In this document: piece after piece, positions 59,338 to 64,000 of the stretch
How positions within the stretch are numbered: position 1 is the first letter of the stretch
Layout: the number at the start of each line of letters is the position of its first letter
Virus record (IMG/VR): IMGVR_UViG_3300026549_000035
Location: 32,918 to 96,917 of that record
Direction: 5' to 3' (one strand)
DNA: 64,000 nt
Source: a virus
Made by a program: the position numbers and the translations under genes
The notes under the pieces: generated by a model
Database searches by the model: none
Told to the model about the DNA's origin: nothing
What the model saw: only the letters and a program-made list of their open reading frames with translations

Positions 59338-60321
59338 TCATTTTACAAGATCAGTTTTAATTTCATCAACAATTAATGAAACTAATTCTGCTTGAGCAGG
59401 AGTAGTATCTGAAACCTTTTTACCTTTGCCCAAATACTTATCTACAATAACAACAATCTTAGCCGCATTAGATTGATTTTCAAGCATTAATTTTTGAACT
59501 AAGTTATTAAATTCTTCCATTAAAGCAGCATGATCAAATTGAGGTTCGTCAACTGCTACTTGACGTTGGTCAGTAACAAAAGCCCCAGAAGTTTCTTTAG
59601 CTTCTGCATCAATAGCATCATTTAAAGCTTTTTCAAGAGCTTCATAAGTAAAAGGAATCTCAGTAGCCATATATTTAAATCTACATCCGCAACGAATACT
59701 ATTATCATTTGAACGTAAAGTTAAAACACGTCTTCCTGTGCTAATATCTCCTACTGGATGAGCATAGCCAATAATATCACACATATTTTCAACAATGCTC
59801 AACGCTGAAGACTAAAGGGACGAACCAATTTGCTGATATTCTTGACCATTTTGTGGTTTAATTGTCTTTTCCTTATCATGGGATATAAAAACAATAGCAT
59901 ATCCAAGCTAAGTTAATTCTCTAAAAGTCCCTTCAAATTCCTTCTTGTATTTAGTCCAACCATTATTGGTCCAACCACCATCACCGATATTATCAATTCC
60001 AAGCTAGTTGCAAATATATTTCTAGCAAGCGTCAGCCGCAAAATCTACTGTATCGATAATCAAGCTTTGATATTTTTCTTTAATTTGTGGTTTTTTTAAT
60101 TCACGAACAACCTATTTAAAAACTCCCCACGTTGCGACATCCTAAATCATTGCTCCTGGCAAAGCATTATAACCTTTTTCAAAAGCAAGAATCAGATGTC
60201 CTGGCATATGAGCGCCAAAAGTTGTTTTACCAACCTTTGCAGGTCCATATATAAAAGTTAAATATCCAGATAAATCACGAGATACCTTATGAGGTTGTAT
60301 ATTTAATAAATCTATAGCCAT
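59338..60321 (-). CDS. Sak4-like RecA-fold ATPase (AAA_24 family ssDNA annealing/recombination protein), about 327 aa
   Basis: …GYLTFIYGPAKVGKTTFGAHMPG…LIIDTVDFAADAC…. Track ORF 59338..59802 extends upstream through about 6 TAGs to ATG at about 60321. Confidence 0.65.
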
Positions 60322-60489
60322 TATTCAGTTCCTTCTTTCTCACTTTTTTCATAAACGGCCGACAAAATAAATGCCGGCACGTTTATATCTGTTGTATTAT
60401 TTAATAAAAATTGTGTAAATTTACTATCTTCAATAAAATTTTTTTACTTCATCTAAATCGATGCTTAATTCCATAGATTTATTTCTTTA

Positions 60490-61437
60490 TTAAAATACGA
60501 AACTTCCCTTTTCTTGAGTTGCAGCTGGAGGAACTGCTGCGGCAGCAGCTTTAGAAGCCTTATACTCATCTTGACGCTTTTTAATAGAAGCAAGATAAGT
60601 TTCACGATCAGCCATTGCTTCAGTTAATTCAGCTGCAGTAATAGATCCCTCTTCATCCCAAACATAAGGTTCAGGATTAGAACCAGTAATAACCCAATCA
60701 CGACGAGTGCGAGGAGTTTCTCTTACTAAAGTTTCACCCCAAGCAGACTCTTCAATTGTTTTATCCATAGTAGTTTGAGAAATCTGACGGCCCCAAACTT
60801 TAGTGAAAACAGGCTCTTTAGTAGAAGCTCCAAGACCAAGGAAATAATCCATTCCACGACTATTAGTTACAGAAAACTCTACTGGAAGAATTGCCTTACG
60901 GAAATCAAAGATACAACCACGAACGATTGCCTTATCTTTTGTTCCTTTCTCTTCATCACCATCAATTTGGGTTACAGAAGTAATCAACATATCGGCAGTA
61001 AAAGTATTATGAGTTTTCTCATCTGGAGCAAGAGTGTTTGTGATATGAACAAATCCACCCTCATTTCTCTTTACAGATACTAACTCTTCAGTACCATTAC
61101 GATCAGAATAAAACTCGTTTAAACCAATTGCAGAATCAATACGAACTTTTCCTGCCTTATCTTTTCCGTTAGTCATAACAGTGCCAATTTTACCATCAAT
61201 AATATCTTTAAGAACTCCAAAAGTAGCATTAGCATTACCTTTTGAAGTTGTAGCAGTTACATAAGTAAAATGCACAGGAACAATATTGACACAATCACTA
61301 TCAGTAGCAATATTTAAATTACCCATAATGAACTATGTTCCAGGGTGCTTAGAATTTTCACCAGAAGTACGAAGTTCAAGAGCATGTTCATAAACAAGAC
61401 CCTCCAAATGGGTCGAATTAATAATGTTTGATTTCAT
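60490..61437 (-). CDS. putative phage single-stranded DNA-binding protein (DUF2815-like), about 315 aa
   Basis: Track ORF 60490..61326 extends through one TAG to ATG at about 61437 (RBS AAAGGAGAG). It sits adjacent to the Sak4-like gene, as is typical for Sak4/SSB pairs. Confidence 0.45.
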
Positions 61438-61470
61438 ATTTTTTTTTCTCTCCTTTAAAATATCTATATA

Positions 61471-62376
61471 TTAATTATACAATAAAAATTTACTTTTTTC
61501 AACTATTATATCTTGATATGTTAAATTATCTATTGAAATATAAGGAATTCTTATTATTGGAATATTATGTTTAATACAATACTAATTTTTATATTTGTCA
61601 TGCTATATTACTTTTTCATATAAAGTTTTTGCTTTTTCATCACTAATGTTTTCTCCATACTTTACCGGAAAAAAATGATGCTATCCATCTACTTCAATAA
61701 TATATTGATTATTTACAAAAAAATCAAAACGAGCATAATTTTTTGTATCTGAAAAAAAACAATCTTTAAAAGTTTTTTCTTTTTCAAAAGGTATATTATG
61801 TTTTTTTAATAACTAAGCAATTTTATACTCTCCTTTTGATTTTTCTCCACAGACAGAACATAAATGCCCATTTTTTCTGGTTAAATTATATTTGATTACT
61901 TCTTGAATATTTCCGCAATCAATACATGAACATACCCAATAAACAGAGCCATCTTTTCCTCTTTTTTCAGATGGAAATAAAGCTTGTAATTGTCCAAAAA
62001 TCTCCCCAGATATATCTTTCATCGTTGTTGTATTTTTTATTTTACAAAATGGACACATTTGCTATTTTTCTTTTCTAAAATCTATAGCGTCTAAAATATG
62101 CCAATTATTACAATCACAAACGGTTAAAAATGATAAACCTCCACTTGTTGTTCGATTAGCTCTTCGTAAAGGTGCTACATAAGTAAGATATCCATTTTTC
62201 TATTTTTCTAAAAATTCTGGAATTTTTGCCTATTTTGCAGGATTAATAACAGTTAAATAATGAGTATTTTTCTATACTTTTTTATTATTAATTAAAATAG
62301 AATCATAAAATTTTTTTTTCTATTCCTCTGTCATTGATAAATAATCTTTTATTGAAATTTCCTATATATTTACCAT
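61471..62376 (-). CDS. free-standing homing endonuclease-like protein: zinc finger + Vsr-like PD-(D/E)xK domain, about 301 aa
   Basis: RBS GGAGG then MVNI…. Track ORF 61813..62058 (…SVYWVCSCIDCGN…) continues through TAGs to …YIIEVDG[Q]HHF…D…K…YCIKHNIPIIRIPY…. It is paralogous to the dut-intron endonuclease. About 12 TAGs are present. Confidence 0.6.
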
Positions 62377-62457
62377 AAAATTACCTCCATTATTTTATTT
62401 CTTTTTCATAAGAATATAAAAAAATAAAAAGATAAAATAATGGATTTTGACCAATTT

Positions 62458-62829
62458 TTAAATAATTTTTATATCTTTTCCTTGTTGTGTAATACTGTAT
62501 ATCACCGGGTCTTGACCAACTTTTTCTACAAAACCATCATTAACTAGTTTACGGATAGATCCAGATACCGTTCTAGAAGAAATAAACATTCCTTCGGCAA
62601 TATCTTTTGCTTTCCATGTATTAGTTTCTGGGTGTTGCTGTAAAAAAGTTAAAATAAGTTTTCCATTTTCAGTGAATAAAGGTTTTTCTCCTTTATCCGC
62701 TCCGCCTTTAAATTTTTCCCAATACTCATTTAAGTTTTCTGGCATAGGGTTTCTTTCAAAGTTACTTTCTACATAATTAATAAAATCTTGTTTTAATGAC
62801 ATTTTTTTTATAAACTCCTTAATTTTCAT
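62458..62829 (-). CDS. winged-helix DNA-binding protein (putative transcriptional regulator), 123 aa
   Basis: ORF track: …AEGMFISSRTVSGSIRKLVNDGFVEKVGQDPVIYSITQQGKD is MarR/PadR-like wHTH. Confidence 0.45.
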   Translation of the reverse strand: MKIKEFIKKMSLKQDFINYVESNFERNPMPENLNEYWEKFKGGADKGEKPLFTENGKLILTFLQQHPETNTWKAKDIAEGMFISSRTVSGSIRKLVNDGFVEKVGQDPVIYSITQQGKDIKII

Positions 62830-62889
62830 TTTCTATATATATTATATAATATTTTTATTTGAAAGTCAATCTTTTTATCTTATTTTATT

Positions 62890-63738
62890 TTATTCTTTAT
62901 ATCTAAAAATATATCCTTTACAACTTTTTGAACGTCCCTAACAAACAGAGCATATATTACCTGGAGTAGTTTTAAGTGCTCTAGCTGCTTCAGATATACT
63001 TTTAAATTCTTTTATAAATTTTCCATCTTTAGAAAATTGCTAAACAACTCTATAAGGCGGTTTATATTTTATTTTTTCTATTGTGGAGGAATAACTCCAA
63101 TAATATCCATATGCTGTTTTTTGTCTTCCTTTACAGCAAGCGCAAATTTTAGATTTATCTATATTTAATTTATTTGCGGCTTCTGTTAAAGAAGAAAATT
63201 TTTGTATAAAATTTCCGTTTAAATCAAATTGATATATATCTTTAGATTTTTGTTTTTCTTTAGGTAAAATAATTGTATTATCATCTGCATATTTCCATTG
63301 ATAATCTCCAGCATAAAATCTTTTTGGGTAATGCTAACATACGCTAATTATTTTTTCACTAGAAGTATTAGTATCTAAAGCAGCTTCTACAATTGAATCA
63401 TACTCTTTAACAAATTCTCCTAATTCATTAAAGGATTGAACCGCTCTTTTTAAACTTCCTTCTCCTCCTAAAGTCATATTATATCCTTCTTCATAAGAAT
63501 TATATTCTTTAATCCAAAAAATTTCTCTTTCGTTTAATAATTCTGGAGGACATTCTTCTATTACTTCAAAAGAAAAATTATTTAATCCATATTTTTTAAA
63601 AGCTTGATGAATAGCACAATTGTCTTTACTTCTTTTATGTTTTTCCCATCTTGCTTTTATATCTAATGATTGTCCAATATATATTTTATTATTTATTAAA
63701 TTTTTAATTTTATATATTCCACACATTAATTTTATCAC
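62890..63738 (-). CDS. GIY-YIG homing endonuclease with three C-terminal repeat modules (free-standing), about 282 aa
   Basis: Track ORF 63334..63738 (MCGIYKIKNLINNKIYIGQSLDIKARWEKHK…GYNMTLGGEG) continues through 3 TAGs with three …EAA…L……I..C..G..K.A.GY.W.Y repeats. Confidence 0.8.
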
Positions 63739-63802
63739 CTCTATTTATTTATAAAAGTATTAGCTATAAAATTAAATAAAAGTGGCCTGTTTTTAATAAA
63801 AA

Positions 63803-64000
63803 TTAATTAGTTAAAAATTCTTTAGCATATGGAAGAGTTTCAATCCAATGACAAAATTCCTACCATTCTGGCAAACGATGATCATGACGCTAGATATATA
63901 TATTTCTAAGACAACGATAATTTGTTGTCATTCTTGCAGTCAGTATAAATCCTGCGGGATTTGTATAAAGAATTTCTAAATATTTTTCTTTAGCCTATTC
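63803..64000 (-). CDS. hypothetical protein (3' end; gene continues beyond window)
   Basis: The minus-strand frame is open from the window edge through TAGs to TAA at about 63803 (…TARMTTNYRCLRNIYI[Q]RHDHRLPEW[Q]EFCHWIETLPYAKEFLTN). Confidence 0.3.

Noticed and set aside
1-64000. Interpretation of TAG-interrupted genes as pseudogenes or a degraded prophage
   Set aside because: Interruptions are exclusively TAG and occur at conserved Gln positions. Reading frames are otherwise intact for up to 3,300 codons, and TAA/TGA are avoided in-frame. This is the pattern of recoding, not decay.
1-64000. Search for a suppressor tRNA (CUA anticodon) or any tRNA gene in intergenic regions
   Set aside because: Intergenic segments are short and contain terminators and promoters but no cloverleaf-like sequence with a GTTCGAATC-type T-arm. 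The one TTCGATTC hit at about 46830 lies inside the dnaE intron/exon boundary without acceptor-stem complementarity. The suppressor is presumably encoded elsewhere.

Overview
This is a strongly AT-rich 64 kb stretch of a tailed phage (siphovirus-like) genome, probably infecting an anaerobic Firmicutes host. Throughout the window the TAG 'stop' is a sense codon, almost certainly Gln (code-15-like). Genes are interrupted only by TAG, never by TAA or TGA, and TAGs fall at invariant Gln positions (GIY-YIG 'YIGQT', dUTPase 'IGQGV'). TAA and TGA terminate genes. Read this way, 1-26.6 kb (+ strand) is a tail-morphogenesis operon. It holds two tandem tail-protein paralogs, chaperone-like genes, a free-standing GIY-YIG homing endonuclease gene, a 3,308-codon tape measure gene (4927-14853), a 1,626-aa tail fibre with a C-terminal S74 chaperone domain, and three further large tail or baseplate genes. 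26.6-29.5 kb (- strand) is an odd cluster of small Gly/Tyr-rich proteins, a BclA-C-terminal-like protein and an HExxH peptidase. 29.7-30.7 kb carries two holin-like genes. From 30.8 kb to the window end (- strand) lies a replication and nucleotide-metabolism module saturated with self-splicing introns and homing endonucleases. The module encodes a RuvC-like resolvase, dUTPase, NrdG, NrdD, a DUF3310 protein, DnaE-type polymerase, Dda-like helicase, RecJ, primase, DnaB-like helicase, a Sak4-like ATPase and an SSB-like protein. I infer at least 9 group-I-like introns of three structural families: 3 in nrdD, 2 in dnaE, and 1 each in dut, recJ, dnaB and a Zn-finger gene. There are 13 homing-endonuclease ORFs: 9 GIY-YIG, 1 LAGLIDADG, 1 HNH and 2 Vsr-like PD-(D/E)xK. 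Coordinates taken from the ORF track are exact. Boundaries I derived myself (gene extensions through TAG, exon/intron junctions) are approximate, roughly +/-3 nt. Splice sites are inferred from protein-motif continuity, not proven.
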